DNA of 62,388 nt, counting the filler, from Coriobacteriales bacterium (GTDB lineage: Bacteria > Actinomycetota > Coriobacteriia > Coriobacteriales > UBA8131): NCBI GenBank assembly GCA_031263105.1. It is 5 parts of 5 records of this genome, joined end to end, with 100 filler letters (N's around TTAATTAATTAA, not from the genome) between each part and the next. Parts side by side here need not be neighbours in the genome. Positions count along the whole stretch, not along the records: positions 31,254 to 45,032 come from JAISGJ010000242.1; 4 more parts are not named here. One strand, given 5' to 3'. The position numbers and the translations under genes are program-made. This document shows, one piece after another, positions 33,057 through 42,140 of this stretch. The notes below the pieces were generated by a model. It made no database searches and was not told the origin of the DNA. It worked only from the letters and a program-made list of their open reading frames with translations. Numbering within the stretch: position 1 is the stretch's first letter; every line of letters starts with the position of its first letter.

Positions 33057-33208
33057 ACTGTCATTCCGAGCTGCGGGGCGGCTGGAGGGAGCGCCCCAGC
33101 CCAGGAACCCTTGAGAGCACCAGCGCCCGACCGGGTCAGTCGGACACTGCGTGTCCAAGGATTCTCGCGCTGCGCACCCTTGCGGGCGCTTCGCTCAAAA
33201 TGACAGTG
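33057..33208. repeat. REPIN/MITE-like element (variant; resembles the 40664 copy in inverted orientation)
   Basis: ACTGTCATTCCGAGC...GCTCAAAATGACAGTG with a GGACACTGCGTGTCC hairpin. Confidence 0.85.
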
Positions 33209-33241
33209 GAGCGTGAACGGTAACGGGAGGAGGCGCGAATC

Positions 33242-33832
33242 TTGACGGGAAACACAAGGCGACCACGTGCGGGCTTCCCCACGAAGGCGGCGACACTGCG
33301 GACGATCGTCGTCATGATGATGCTCGCGCTCTCGCTGGTCGCGCTCTCGCTGACGGGCTGCGATGCGCCGCAGCAGACCGCACAGAGCCCGCCGGCGCCG
33401 CCTGTCGACGGACAGCCTGCAGGCACAACGGACGAAGACGGGGCGCACGGGGGATCAGCCGTCACGCCCCCCGTCACACCCGTGCCCATCGCTGATGAGA
33501 ACCGCATAACGGCGGAAGATGCCTATCGGGGCCTGCGGGACAAGAAGGCCTGGACGGTGATCGACCTGCGGGATTACAGCAAGTACGTCGTCGGCCATGT
33601 CCCCGGGGCCAAGGCCCTGCCGTTCCGCTATATCGAGGAGCGCATGAAGGAGATCCCGCGCGAGCAGGAGCTCCTCCTGGTCTTCGCCGACCCCGAAGAG
33701 GCCCAGGCGACCTGGGACATCCTGAGCGCCAACGGCTACGACCCCGCGCTCATCCGCGTCATGGACGACGGGCTCGCCGCCTGGAACGACGCAGGTTACG
33801 AGACCGAGGTCAAAGAGGCGACGCACTGCTGA
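33242..33832 (+). CDS. Rhodanese-like domain lipoprotein
   Basis: Lipobox LTGC; VIDLR, GHVPGA and DGLAAW motifs; GGAGG RBS before TTG; no Cys at the usual catalytic loop. Confidence 0.85.
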   Translation: MTGNTRRPRAGFPTKAATLRTIVVMMMLALSLVALSLTGCDAPQQTAQSPPAPPVDGQPAGTTDEDGAHGGSAVTPPVTPVPIADENRITAEDAYRGLRDKKAWTVIDLRDYSKYVVGHVPGAKALPFRYIEERMKEIPREQELLLVFADPEEAQATWDILSANGYDPALIRVMDDGLAAWNDAGYETEVKEATHC

Positions 33833-33991
33833 GGCGGCGCACTGCCGAGGCGGCGCAGGCAGCTGGCAGGGAAGCACCCCCTGTCACCCGTCCCATACCA
33901 TCCAACAGCATATACCGACAAGGCCTCCAAGGGCCTCCAAAGCCCTCCCTTGAGCATAATCTGCTTTTTTTCTGCCTATAGTCATGAGGGA

Positions 33992-34041
33992 ATTCACGTG
34001 AATATTTGTGCTTGAGAGCGCATAACGGACAGGCGTATGAT
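33992..34041 (+). promoter_or_regulatory. Perfect 12-bp palindrome upstream of a candidate promoter of the molybdoenzyme cluster
   Basis: ATTCACGTGAAT (33992-34003); TTGAGA-18 nt-TATGAT. Confidence 0.45.
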
Positions 34042-34079
34042 AGGGCAAGATCAAGGAGCGATCGGAAGGAGGAACGGAA

Positions 34080-35687
34080 TTGGTTACGAAAAAAAGAGGT
34101 TTGTTGCTTGTGACACTGGCGCTCATAGCGGTGCTGTGTGCCCTTGTCGCATGCGCACCGAAGGAGGCTCCGTCGGCGTCGGGTGCCGAAGCGGGCGGCG
34201 CGGCGACGGACGAGGCGGCAACGGGCGTAGACTCGCTTGGCGTCGGGGTCGTGCCCGACTATCCCGGCACGGGACGGTATGTCGACAGCATCACGGCGCT
34301 TGGCGAGCGCTATGAGCATGCAGCCGCAGACACCCGCAATGCCGAGGAGAACCAGCCGCGCATCTACACCGACCGCAACGGCTTCAAGGTGCAGCCGGTC
34401 CCCAACGACCCGATCGGCTGGAACGTCACCTACCTGGATGCCGACAACCGCGGCTGCACGTCCTGCCACACCTTGGAGGACGCGCTGATGGCCCTGCCGA
34501 CCTATCACCGCCTCATCTTCGAGGGGTACCCGGCCGAGCAGAACCTGTCCAACTGCATCGTCTGCCACACCTGGTCGCCCACACCGCTGCAACAGACGAT
34601 CCACTCGCTGCACCTGTCCAGCAAGATGTTCACCGAGCAGTACACCGGCAGCTGCCAGAACTGCCACTACATCGACGACAACGGCGACTACCTGCGCTGG
34701 GACTACGTGAAATACGGCGTGTACACCGGTTACACGGAAGTGCCGGCCGCCGATGCCGACCTGAAGCCGGCCTGGGACCAGGACACCATCACCCCGGCCG
34801 CCAACCGCTTCTTCAAGACCATCCAGTCCGAGCCGAGCGAGTGGCTGCTGGACGACTCCAACGTCGATTCCACCATCGCCGAGAACTGGACGATCAAGGT
34901 GACGGGCGACGTGGAGAACCCCTTCGAGATGACCTTGCCTGAACTGGAGGCCCAGTTCGGCATCACCGAGCAGGTCATGAAGAACCACTGCACGGTCAAC
35001 GGCGTCGGCAACCCCACCATCTTCCAAGCAAAGGTCGGCGGCATATCGATCGAGGCAATCGCCGAGTTCGCCAAGCCCAAGGAGGGCGCGAACACCTACC
35101 GTGCCGTCGGCGACGAGCTGTACCATTACGCCACCTCGCTGGATTGGGCGTTCACGAACAAGGCCCTGCTGGTGACCCAGATGGACGGCGCACCGCTGCC
35201 GCCCAGCCAAGGCTATCCGTGCGCGTCCTGGATCGGCGCCACGTCCGGCGGCGACTTCACCAAGCGCGTTGTGGAGATCTCCATCGAGACCCTGCCGGAA
35301 GACACGCTCGGCGACGAGCTGTTCCTCGGCCAGTTCGTCGATCCCGCCTCCGGGGAGGTTGCCTCCAAGCCCAACAGCGGCGTGCTGAACTACCCGACCG
35401 GCGTGGTGCTGGAGGACCAGGTGGGCAAGCCCATCGACTTCGAAGGCTTTGCGGACGCCTGGGACGAGCCGATCACCAAGGTCGAGTTCTCCCTCGACAA
35501 GGGCCAGACATGGACTCCGATGGACGTCACGAACTGCGATGCCATGCGCTGGGTGTACTGGCGGATGAGCTACACGCCCAAAGAGGCGGGTTCCTACCTG
35601 CTCTCCATCCGCACCACGAGCCAGCAGCCTGATGGACAGCCGCGTGTCTCGCACTATGACACCGAGTTCCTGTTCAACGTCCGCTGA
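34080..35687 (+). CDS. Sulfite-oxidase-family molybdopterin oxidoreductase lipoprotein with N-terminal triheme cytochrome c
   Basis: Lipobox LVAC; CTSCH, CIVCH, CQNCH; WTIKVTGDVENP, NHCTVNG (Mo-ligand Cys), MDGAPLPPSQGYP; Moco-dimer motif VEFSLDKGQTW. Confidence 0.88.
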   Translation: MVTKKRGLLLVTLALIAVLCALVACAPKEAPSASGAEAGGAATDEAATGVDSLGVGVVPDYPGTGRYVDSITALGERYEHAAADTRNAEENQPRIYTDRNGFKVQPVPNDPIGWNVTYLDADNRGCTSCHTLEDALMALPTYHRLIFEGYPAEQNLSNCIVCHTWSPTPLQQTIHSLHLSSKMFTEQYTGSCQNCHYIDDNGDYLRWDYVKYGVYTGYTEVPAADADLKPAWDQDTITPAANRFFKTIQSEPSEWLLDDSNVDSTIAENWTIKVTGDVENPFEMTLPELEAQFGITEQVMKNHCTVNGVGNPTIFQAKVGGISIEAIAEFAKPKEGANTYRAVGDELYHYATSLDWAFTNKALLVTQMDGAPLPPSQGYPCASWIGATSGGDFTKRVVEISIETLPEDTLGDELFLGQFVDPASGEVASKPNSGVLNYPTGVVLEDQVGKPIDFEGFADAWDEPITKVEFSLDKGQTWTPMDVTNCDAMRWVYWRMSYTPKEAGSYLLSIRTTSQQPDGQPRVSHYDTEFLFNVR

Positions 35688-35707
35688 GAGTGGAAGTGAT
35701 AATCGTG

Positions 35708-36502
35708 ATGAAACAAAAGAGACGAGCACTTGCAGGCGCTGCCCTCGGCGTGTCGATGGTCATGGGCACCTCCTTGCCGGCCCTTGCCGGTGACGCCCCT
35801 GATGCGGGAACCCCTACGTCGGGTCCCGCACTCGACCAGGCCGCGCAGAACCAGGTCGTGGCAGACGGCCAGGTGATGCGGCCCACGGTTGCCGGCACCT
35901 TCGCCTACGACCAGAGCACCATCACCCCCAACAGCACCATCGCCAAGATGTTCCGCAAGGCTGCGGCGGCAATCTGTAACGCCACCGACGACTTCGTGGT
36001 CGCCAACCCGCTGGGCTGGAAGCTCTCGGTGTCCGGCGATGTGGGCAACGCCTTCACCATGGACGTCGGCACCTTGGCCTCCGAAGAGAGCGTCAAGAAG
36101 GTCATGACCTGCTCCTGCGGCGGGAACCCGGCCGACGGCGCCGTCATCGTCACGGCCGAGGTCAAGGGCGTGCCGCTCTACTACCTGCTCTCGAAGTCCA
36201 GGGCATCCAAGGACGTCAATACGGCGACCTTCATCGCCAGCGACGGCACGAAGGTGGCCGTGCCGCTCGGTTACGCCATCGGCCGTCATGCGGTCATCTC
36301 CTACGAGATCAACGGAGAGGACCTCTCGGCCTCCGTGGGCGGCAACAACCAGCTTTGGATGACCCGCACCCCGGCGAACTACTTTATCCGTGACGTTGTC
36401 GAGGTCCGCTTCACCAAAGAGGCCGTTCCTCCGACGAACCCCGGTGAGAACGATGTCCACCCCAACAGCCCCAACGTCGGTTTTCTGACGGGTGCCCAGT
36501 AG
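35708..36502 (+). CDS. Secreted stand-alone sulfite-oxidase-type molybdopterin-binding domain protein
   Basis: WKLSVSGDVGN, CSCGGN and YEINGEDL motifs; signal peptide. Confidence 0.8.
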   Translation: MKQKRRALAGAALGVSMVMGTSLPALAGDAPDAGTPTSGPALDQAAQNQVVADGQVMRPTVAGTFAYDQSTITPNSTIAKMFRKAAAAICNATDDFVVANPLGWKLSVSGDVGNAFTMDVGTLASEESVKKVMTCSCGGNPADGAVIVTAEVKGVPLYYLLSKSRASKDVNTATFIASDGTKVAVPLGYAIGRHAVISYEINGEDLSASVGGNNQLWMTRTPANYFIRDVVEVRFTKEAVPPTNPGENDVHPNSPNVGFLTGAQ

Positions 36503-36821
36503 GGCTCCCGGCCACTACCGCAAGCGAAGGCTACGTCTGACCATGATTGCTCCGATGATTGTGACGTGCGGCAAGCCGGTGACCCTCACCGGCTATGCCG
36601 ACGATTACGGCAAGCGCATCACCGCCGTCCAGTTCTCGCTCGACGAGGGCGAGAACTGGACGACGTTTTACACGCCGGATGCGTCAGAGGACCTCTGGGT
36701 CCACTGGACCTTCGACTACACCCCCGTCCGTCCCGGGCACTATCGCCTCAAGGTCCGCTCCGTGAACGAGGACGGCAGCACCAGCCCCGAGGCCGCAGTG
36801 GCCGAGCTGTACTGCGAGTAG
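36492..36821 (+). CDS. Stand-alone Moco-oxidoreductase dimerisation (Ig-like) domain protein
   Basis: GYADDY, VQFSLDEGENW and WVHWTFDYTP, matching the C-terminus of 34080-35687. Confidence 0.8.
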   Translation: MPSRAPGHYRKRRLRLTMIAPMIVTCGKPVTLTGYADDYGKRITAVQFSLDEGENWTTFYTPDASEDLWVHWTFDYTPVRPGHYRLKVRSVNEDGSTSPEAAVAELYCE

Positions 36822-36825
36822 GCCC

Positions 36826-37623
36826 GTGGAAACGGCGCCCTCGCCGCCCTTCGCGGAACCGGCCCGACAAGGCCGGGCCGGCAGAGGGGGTTTCCTCGAC
36901 ATCGACTGGCGCGGGGCCTGGGTGGAGATGGATGCGGCCCGCAAGGCCCCCGACGACAGCGCATACTGGGACGGCAGGGCGGAGGAGTTCGCTCGGTTCG
37001 CGAACCCGTCCCCCTATGCCGAGGCCTTCATCGAACGCTTGGGGCTCAAGGCGGGAGACAGCCTGCTCGACGTCGGCTGCGGGACCGGCAACCTTGCCCG
37101 CCCGCTGGCCCATAGAGGCCATCGCATCGTCGCCGCCGACTTCTCCCAAAAGATGCTCGATGCCGCTGCCCGCCTCGCAGCCGAGGAGGGCCTTGCCGGA
37201 ATCGAGTTCGTCAAGCTGGACTTCAACGACCCTTGGGAGCGCTGGCAGGCGGCGGGGATAGGGGGCAAGTCCGTCGATGTCGCCATCGCCTCCCGCTCGA
37301 CCATGATCCGCGACTTCCAGGCGGCCTGCGAGAAGCTTGAGCAGGTCGCACGCGCACAGGTCGCCGTCACCGTCAGCACCGAGTACGGGCCCCGGGGGCT
37401 CAGACGGCTGGGGTCGGACGTGACGGACGGCGGAGCTGCACCGGGCGGCGGGCAGGGCGGCGTGCCCTATGTGCCGAACCACATCCTGGCGCTGAACATC
37501 CTGTTCGCACAGGGACGTTACCCGGAGCTGTGCTACCTCGACTCGATGAAGGAAAACGGGGACGGCAGCCTTCGGCTGATCCGCTGGGCGTTCATCAAAT
37601 GGGACGTGCAGCCGCAACCTTGA
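36826..37623 (+). CDS. Class I SAM-dependent methyltransferase
   Basis: YWDGRA, LLDVGCGTG, DFSQKML and DVAIASRS motifs. Confidence 0.9.
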   Translation: METAPSPPFAEPARQGRAGRGGFLDIDWRGAWVEMDAARKAPDDSAYWDGRAEEFARFANPSPYAEAFIERLGLKAGDSLLDVGCGTGNLARPLAHRGHRIVAADFSQKMLDAAARLAAEEGLAGIEFVKLDFNDPWERWQAAGIGGKSVDVAIASRSTMIRDFQAACEKLEQVARAQVAVTVSTEYGPRGLRRLGSDVTDGGAAPGGGQGGVPYVPNHILALNILFAQGRYPELCYLDSMKENGDGSLRLIRWAFIKWDVQPQP

Positions 37624-37720
37624 GTGCGGCGGGATGTCGAGGGGCACGGAGGGACGGCGGGGACGCCGTCCCCCACAGAGGGCGCAGGGAGGACAAAGGA
37701 AGCGTCCCCTCTGCGCTTCC

Positions 37721-39763
37721 CTACAGCTCGGCGATCTCCACGTTGCTCCTCTGCTGCGCCTTTCTTGCGGTGCGCATGAGGAACTCGGCGTTGTTCTGGG
37801 TCTGCTTGAGCGACTTGATGAGCATCTCCATCGCACGTTCCGTGTTGTTCATGTTGGCGAGGATGCGACGCACGGCCCAGATGAGCGGGGCCTCCTGCGA
37901 ATCGAGCAGCAGCTCCTCCTTGCGCGTCCCGGAGGCGACAGGGTCGATGGCAGGGAAGATGCGGCGGTCGGCGAGGTCGCGGTCGAGCCGCAGCTCCATG
38001 TTGCCCGTGCCCTTGAACTCCTCGAAGATGACCTCGTCCATCTTGGAGCCGGTCTCGATGAGGGCGGATGCGAGGATGGTGAGCGAGCCGCCGCCCTCGA
38101 TGTTGCGCGCCGCGCCTAGGAAGCGCTTGGGCGGGTAGAGCGCCGTGGAGTCCACGCCGCCGGAGAGGATGCGCCCCGAGGCCGGCTGCGCAAGGTTGTA
38201 GGCGCGTGCGAGGCGGGTGATGGAGTCGAGCAGTATGACGACGTCGCGCCCTCCCTCCACGAGGCGCTTGGCGCGCTCGATGACGAGCTCGGCGACGGCG
38301 ATGTGGTTCTCGGAAGGCATGTCGAAGGTCGAGGAGACGACCTCGCCCTTGATGGAGCGCTCCATGTCCGTGACCTCCTCGGGACGCTCGTCCACCAGAA
38401 GGCACATGAGATGCACGTCGGGGTTGTTGTCGCTGATGGATGCCGCTATGTCCTTGAGGATGGTGGTCTTGCCGGCCTTCGGGGGCGAGACGATGAGCCC
38501 GCGCTGCCCCTTGCCGATGGGTGCGACGAGGTCGATGGTGCGCGCCGTGAGGGTATGGATGCCGTGCTCCATGAGAAGGCGCTCGTCGGGATAGACGGGC
38601 GTGAGGTCCGAGAAGCGCCGACGGCTGCGCGCGTCGTCGAGCACGAGGCCGTTGACCGCATCGATGCGATGCAGCGCGGCGTACTTCTCGTTCTCGCGGG
38701 CAGGACGCACCTGGCCCGTGACGAGGTCGCCTTTGCGCAGCCCGTTGCGGCGCACCACGGACATGCCCACATAGACGTCGGACTCGCCGGGCAGGTACCC
38801 GGAGGTGCGCAGGAAGCCGTAGCCTTCGGGGAGAAGGTCGAGGATGCCCTCGCAGGCAACGAAGCCCTCGGCCTTGACCAAGGCGTCGAGCACCGCCTCG
38901 ATGAGCTCCTCCTTCTTCTTGATGGCAGAGATGTCGAGCTCGAGCTCGGCGGCCTTCTCGCGCAGCTCGGCCATCTTGAGGAGCGCAAGGTCCTCCCGGC
39001 TCGCCTGCGGGGCGACCTGCTCGCGCGGGTTGTTGTAATTGCGTCGAGGGCGACGGCCGGCGCTCTGGTAGCTGCCCTTGCCCTTGCCGCCCTGGGTGCC
39101 GAAGCCGCCGTTCTGGTTGTTGCGGTAGCCGCCGTTCGAGCGACCGGGCCTGCCGGTTGACTCGCGGGCGAAGGGAGGCGCACTGGCGAGAGGGGCGGGG
39201 GCAGCCGCCTCGCCCGAGCGGTCGGAGGCAGCACCCGACGGAAGACCGGAGGCGCCGTCGTCCAGATCCTTGCCGGAGGTCGGGGCGCGGCGTGCGGGCT
39301 TGGCGCGGAACGAGGCCGCAGCACCTTCGCTGGAAGCAGAAGGAGAGGATGCGGTCGCATCCTGCTCGGACGGCACGGAGACCTTGCGGGGGCGCCCGCG
39401 CTTGCGGGGGGCGGGGGCGAGGACCTCGGCGGGCGCGAGGGCAGGAAGGGAGACGGTATCGACCGTCTCCTGCTCGGGCAAGGCGCTCTTACGGGGGCGC
39501 CCGCGCTTGCGGGGGGCGGGGGCGGATGCAGGGTCGGCGGTCGCCGCAGAAGCGGAGGCTTGGGCAGAGGCCTCGGCAGCCGTAGAGGCAGGGCTGGCAG
39601 AGGAGGCTGCCCCCTCCTGCTCGGACGGCACGGAGACCTTGCGGGGGCGCCCGCGCTTGCGGGGGACGGGGGCGGGAATCTCGATCTCCCTGGAGAGGGG
39701 CTCGTCAAAGATGACGGTCGGTGCCTCGACGAGGCCGGTGTCAGTGCTCGGTTTCTTGGTCAT
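37721..39763 (-). CDS. rho: Transcription termination factor Rho with long disordered N-terminal extension
   Basis: GYGFLR, PPKAGKT, DERPEEVTD and FEEFKGTGNME motifs; ATG 39763 overlaps the tal stop codon. Confidence 0.97.
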   Translation of the reverse strand: MTKKPSTDTGLVEAPTVIFDEPLSREIEIPAPVPRKRGRPRKVSVPSEQEGAASSASPASTAAEASAQASASAATADPASAPAPRKRGRPRKSALPEQETVDTVSLPALAPAEVLAPAPRKRGRPRKVSVPSEQDATASSPSASSEGAAASFRAKPARRAPTSGKDLDDGASGLPSGAASDRSGEAAAPAPLASAPPFARESTGRPGRSNGGYRNNQNGGFGTQGGKGKGSYQSAGRRPRRNYNNPREQVAPQASREDLALLKMAELREKAAELELDISAIKKKEELIEAVLDALVKAEGFVACEGILDLLPEGYGFLRTSGYLPGESDVYVGMSVVRRNGLRKGDLVTGQVRPARENEKYAALHRIDAVNGLVLDDARSRRRFSDLTPVYPDERLLMEHGIHTLTARTIDLVAPIGKGQRGLIVSPPKAGKTTILKDIAASISDNNPDVHLMCLLVDERPEEVTDMERSIKGEVVSSTFDMPSENHIAVAELVIERAKRLVEGGRDVVILLDSITRLARAYNLAQPASGRILSGGVDSTALYPPKRFLGAARNIEGGGSLTILASALIETGSKMDEVIFEEFKGTGNMELRLDRDLADRRIFPAIDPVASGTRKEELLLDSQEAPLIWAVRRILANMNNTERAMEMLIKSLKQTQNNAEFLMRTARKAQQRSNVEIAEL

Positions 39764-40440
39764 GCGTTGGTTACCTTCTCCCAATCTTTCTTGAATGCGG
39801 CAAGCCCGTTGCTGGTCAACGGGTGCTCGACGCACTTCCTCAACACATTGAACGGCACGGTTGCGATGTCCGCGCCGAGGAGTGCCGCCTGGGTGACGTG
39901 CTGGGCGGAACGGATGGAGGCCGCGATGACCTCGATGCGCTCCCCCGCCACGCCCACGTCGCTGAAGTCGTAGGCGTCGATTGCCTCGACGATGTCGGAA
40001 AGCTGCTCGATGCCGTCCTCGGAGATGTCGTCGAAGCGCCCGACGAACGGGCTGACATACCGTGCCCCGCTGCGGGCGGCCAGAAGCGCCTGCGGCACCG
40101 AGAAGCACAGGGTCATGTTCACGCGGATGCCCTCGTTGGCCAATACGCGCGTTGCGGCCAGCCCCTCGACCATCGTAGGCACCTTCACCACGACGTTGGG
40201 GGCAAGGGCGGCAAGCTCACGGCCCTCGCGCACGATCTCGTCGCGGGTCGATCCGACCGCCTCGGCCGAGACGGGGCCGTCCACAAGCGCACAGATGCGC
40301 CGGATGTGGTCAGGGAAGCCGGCAAACGTGCCGCCGATGCGCGCATACAGGCTCGGGTTGGTGGTCACGCCCGCAAGCGCGCCCCACGACGCCGCCTCTT
40401 CGATCTCGGCGAGATCGGCCGTATCCAGAAAGAACTTCAA
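39760..40440 (-). CDS. tal: Transaldolase (short TalC/FSA family)
   Basis: FFLDTA, GVTTNPS and VVKVP motifs; Glu in VSAE and Phe in SPFVGR point to transaldolase rather than FSA; AGGAG RBS before TTG. Confidence 0.9.
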   Translation of the reverse strand: MKFFLDTADLAEIEEAASWGALAGVTTNPSLYARIGGTFAGFPDHIRRICALVDGPVSAEAVGSTRDEIVREGRELAALAPNVVVKVPTMVEGLAATRVLANEGIRVNMTLCFSVPQALLAARSGARYVSPFVGRFDDISEDGIEQLSDIVEAIDAYDFSDVGVAGERIEVIAASIRSAQHVTQAALLGADIATVPFNVLRKCVEHPLTSNGLAAFKKDWEKVTNA

Positions 40441-40522
40441 GGGGACTCCTCCTCGGCTTACAGACGCATGTGCGCCCACAGGGAACAGGGGGCATGCGTT
40501 GTGTCAGGGATTGTTGGCTTCT

Positions 40523-40582
40523 ACTATACCACGGATTCGCTGGAAATAAAGGGGGGTCTTCTGACGCTCGCCGATTATACCA
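40523..40582 (-). promoter_or_regulatory. Two tandem extended -10 boxes upstream of tal-rho
   Basis: Minus strand TGgTATAAT (40574-40582) and TGgTATAGT (40523-40531). Confidence 0.5.
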
Positions 40583-40663
40583 CAGGGCGCTCCCCCAAGG
40601 GGGAGGAAGCGAAAGGGATTACTCTCTCGCAAGGGGGGGGGGGGGGGGCCAATTGTTCAAACC

Positions 40664-40846
40664 CCCACAGAAATTATGAGCGGAGCACCCGCAAGGGTGC
40701 GCAGCGTGAGAATCCTTGGGCACGCAGTGCCCGACTGGCCCGGTTGGGCGCTGGCACGTTCAAGGATTCCTCGGCGGAGTTTATCCTGAGCGCAGAGAAG
40801 GACCTTCGCTGCGCTCGGAATGACAGTGGGGGGTGTGAACAGTAAC
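40664..40846. repeat. REPIN/MITE-like element overlapping the folC 3' end
   Basis: GCTCGGAATGACAGTGGGGGGTGTGAACAGTAAC right end; degenerate left end. Confidence 0.85.
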
Positions 40847-42130
40847 AAGGGGGAGGGGGGGCCTTAGGGTGGCTTTGACTTCGCCGGCTATGGTGATGGA
40901 GCCGGTTGCCACGACGGCGGCGGCTTGGGCGGTGAGGGTGGCGAGGGCTTCGGGGACGGAGGGTGAGGTTGTGGGGGGGTGGGGGGAGAGAGGGGCGACG
41001 AGGGGGACGAGGTGCTCGGGGGGGAGGGCGCGCAGGGAGGTCGAGCGGGTGAGCATCACGTGCGCGAACAGCGGGGTCAGTGCCTCGATGATGCCTGGGG
41101 CGTCCTTGTCTGAGAGGATGCCGAGCAGGAGGGTGTCGAAGATCGCAAGGAGGCCGGTCGCAGGGTCGAGGCCGTAGCGCTCGACGAGGGCGTGGGCGAG
41201 GGTGCGGGCGGACTGGGGGTTGTGCGCGGCGTCGATGAGGAGCGGCGGCTCGTCGCGGAGAAGCTCGAAGCGTCCGGGGATGCTGAGGGTGCCGAGGACC
41301 TGCTCGACGGCCTCGGGGCGGGGCTCCTGCCCAAGTGCCGCCGTGGCGGCGGCGAGGGCGACTGCGATGTTCTGGTGTTGATAGCCGGGGAAGCGCTGGG
41401 CCTGGGGGTAGCGGAGCGTGGCTGCAGGGTCGGCCATGACCGGCGTTGCGGCGACCTCGGCGCAGCGAGCGCGGAAGACCTCGCGGACGGCGGGGGCGGC
41501 TGCGGTCCCCGGGCCGAGGACCGGGACGCTTCCCTCGCGGATGACGGCGGCCTTCTCGGCGGCGATCTGTTCGAGGTTCTTGCCGAGGATCGCCGTGTGG
41601 TCGTAGTCGATGCCGGTGACGACGGCGACCTGCGGCGCGACGATGCTCGTCGCGTCCCAGCGTCCTCCGAGGCCCACTTCGAGCACCGCGACGTCGACGC
41701 CCTCGTCCGCGAACAGCCAGAGCGCCGCCGCCGTCAGCAGCTCGAACTCGGTGACCGCCTCGACCTCCCCCGCCGCAACCGCATCCCGGGCCGCCCCTTC
41801 TGCGACAAGGACCGCCTCGGCGAAGCGCACGCGCGAGACGACGGCGCCGTCCAGCTCCATGCGTTCAGGGTACTCGACCAGCTCGGGCGAGGTGTACAGG
41901 CCCACCTTTTTGCCTTGAGCGTGAAGGAAGGCGGCCGCGAAGCGTGCCGTCGAGGACTTGCCGTTCGTGCCTGCGACCTGTATGCAGGGGTACCGCGCCT
42001 GCGGCGCGTCGAGCCTGCGCGTCAGCGCAGCGATCCCGGCAAGCGAGGGCTCGATGCCGAACTTCAGCGCATCTTTGAGGACGGCCAGGGCCCTGCGGTA
42101 GGCCTCCTCGCTGTCATCCCTGTCACCCAC
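40781..42130 (-). CDS. folC: Folylpolyglutamate synthase/dihydrofolate synthase
   Basis: AGTNGKSS, YTSPEL, EVGLGGRWDAT, IDAAHNP and TGSI motifs. Confidence 0.95.
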   Translation of the reverse strand: MGDRDDSEEAYRRALAVLKDALKFGIEPSLAGIAALTRRLDAPQARYPCIQVAGTNGKSSTARFAAAFLHAQGKKVGLYTSPELVEYPERMELDGAVVSRVRFAEAVLVAEGAARDAVAAGEVEAVTEFELLTAAALWLFADEGVDVAVLEVGLGGRWDATSIVAPQVAVVTGIDYDHTAILGKNLEQIAAEKAAVIREGSVPVLGPGTAAAPAVREVFRARCAEVAATPVMADPAATLRYPQAQRFPGYQHQNIAVALAAATAALGQEPRPEAVEQVLGTLSIPGRFELLRDEPPLLIDAAHNPQSARTLAHALVERYGLDPATGLLAIFDTLLLGILSDKDAPGIIEALTPLFAHVMLTRSTSLRALPPEHLVPLVAPLSPHPPTTSPSVPEALATLTAQAAAVVATGSITIAGEVKATLRPPLPLVTVHTPHCHSERSEGPSLRSG

Positions 42131-42140
42131 CGTGCCCCGC

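Noticed and set aside
33815..33857. 16-bp tandem repeat across the rhodanese stop codon
   Set aside because: Short local duplication with no evidence of function.
37721..40108. 795-aa Rho and 998-aa MFS (11752-14748) as fusion proteins
   Set aside because: The upstream extensions overlap tal and aspS in another frame; better starts exist at 39763 and 13330.
40633..40680. Poly-G followed by a divergent repeat left end
   Set aside because: The divergence right after a homopolymer may be sequencing error, so it is not treated as a new subtype.
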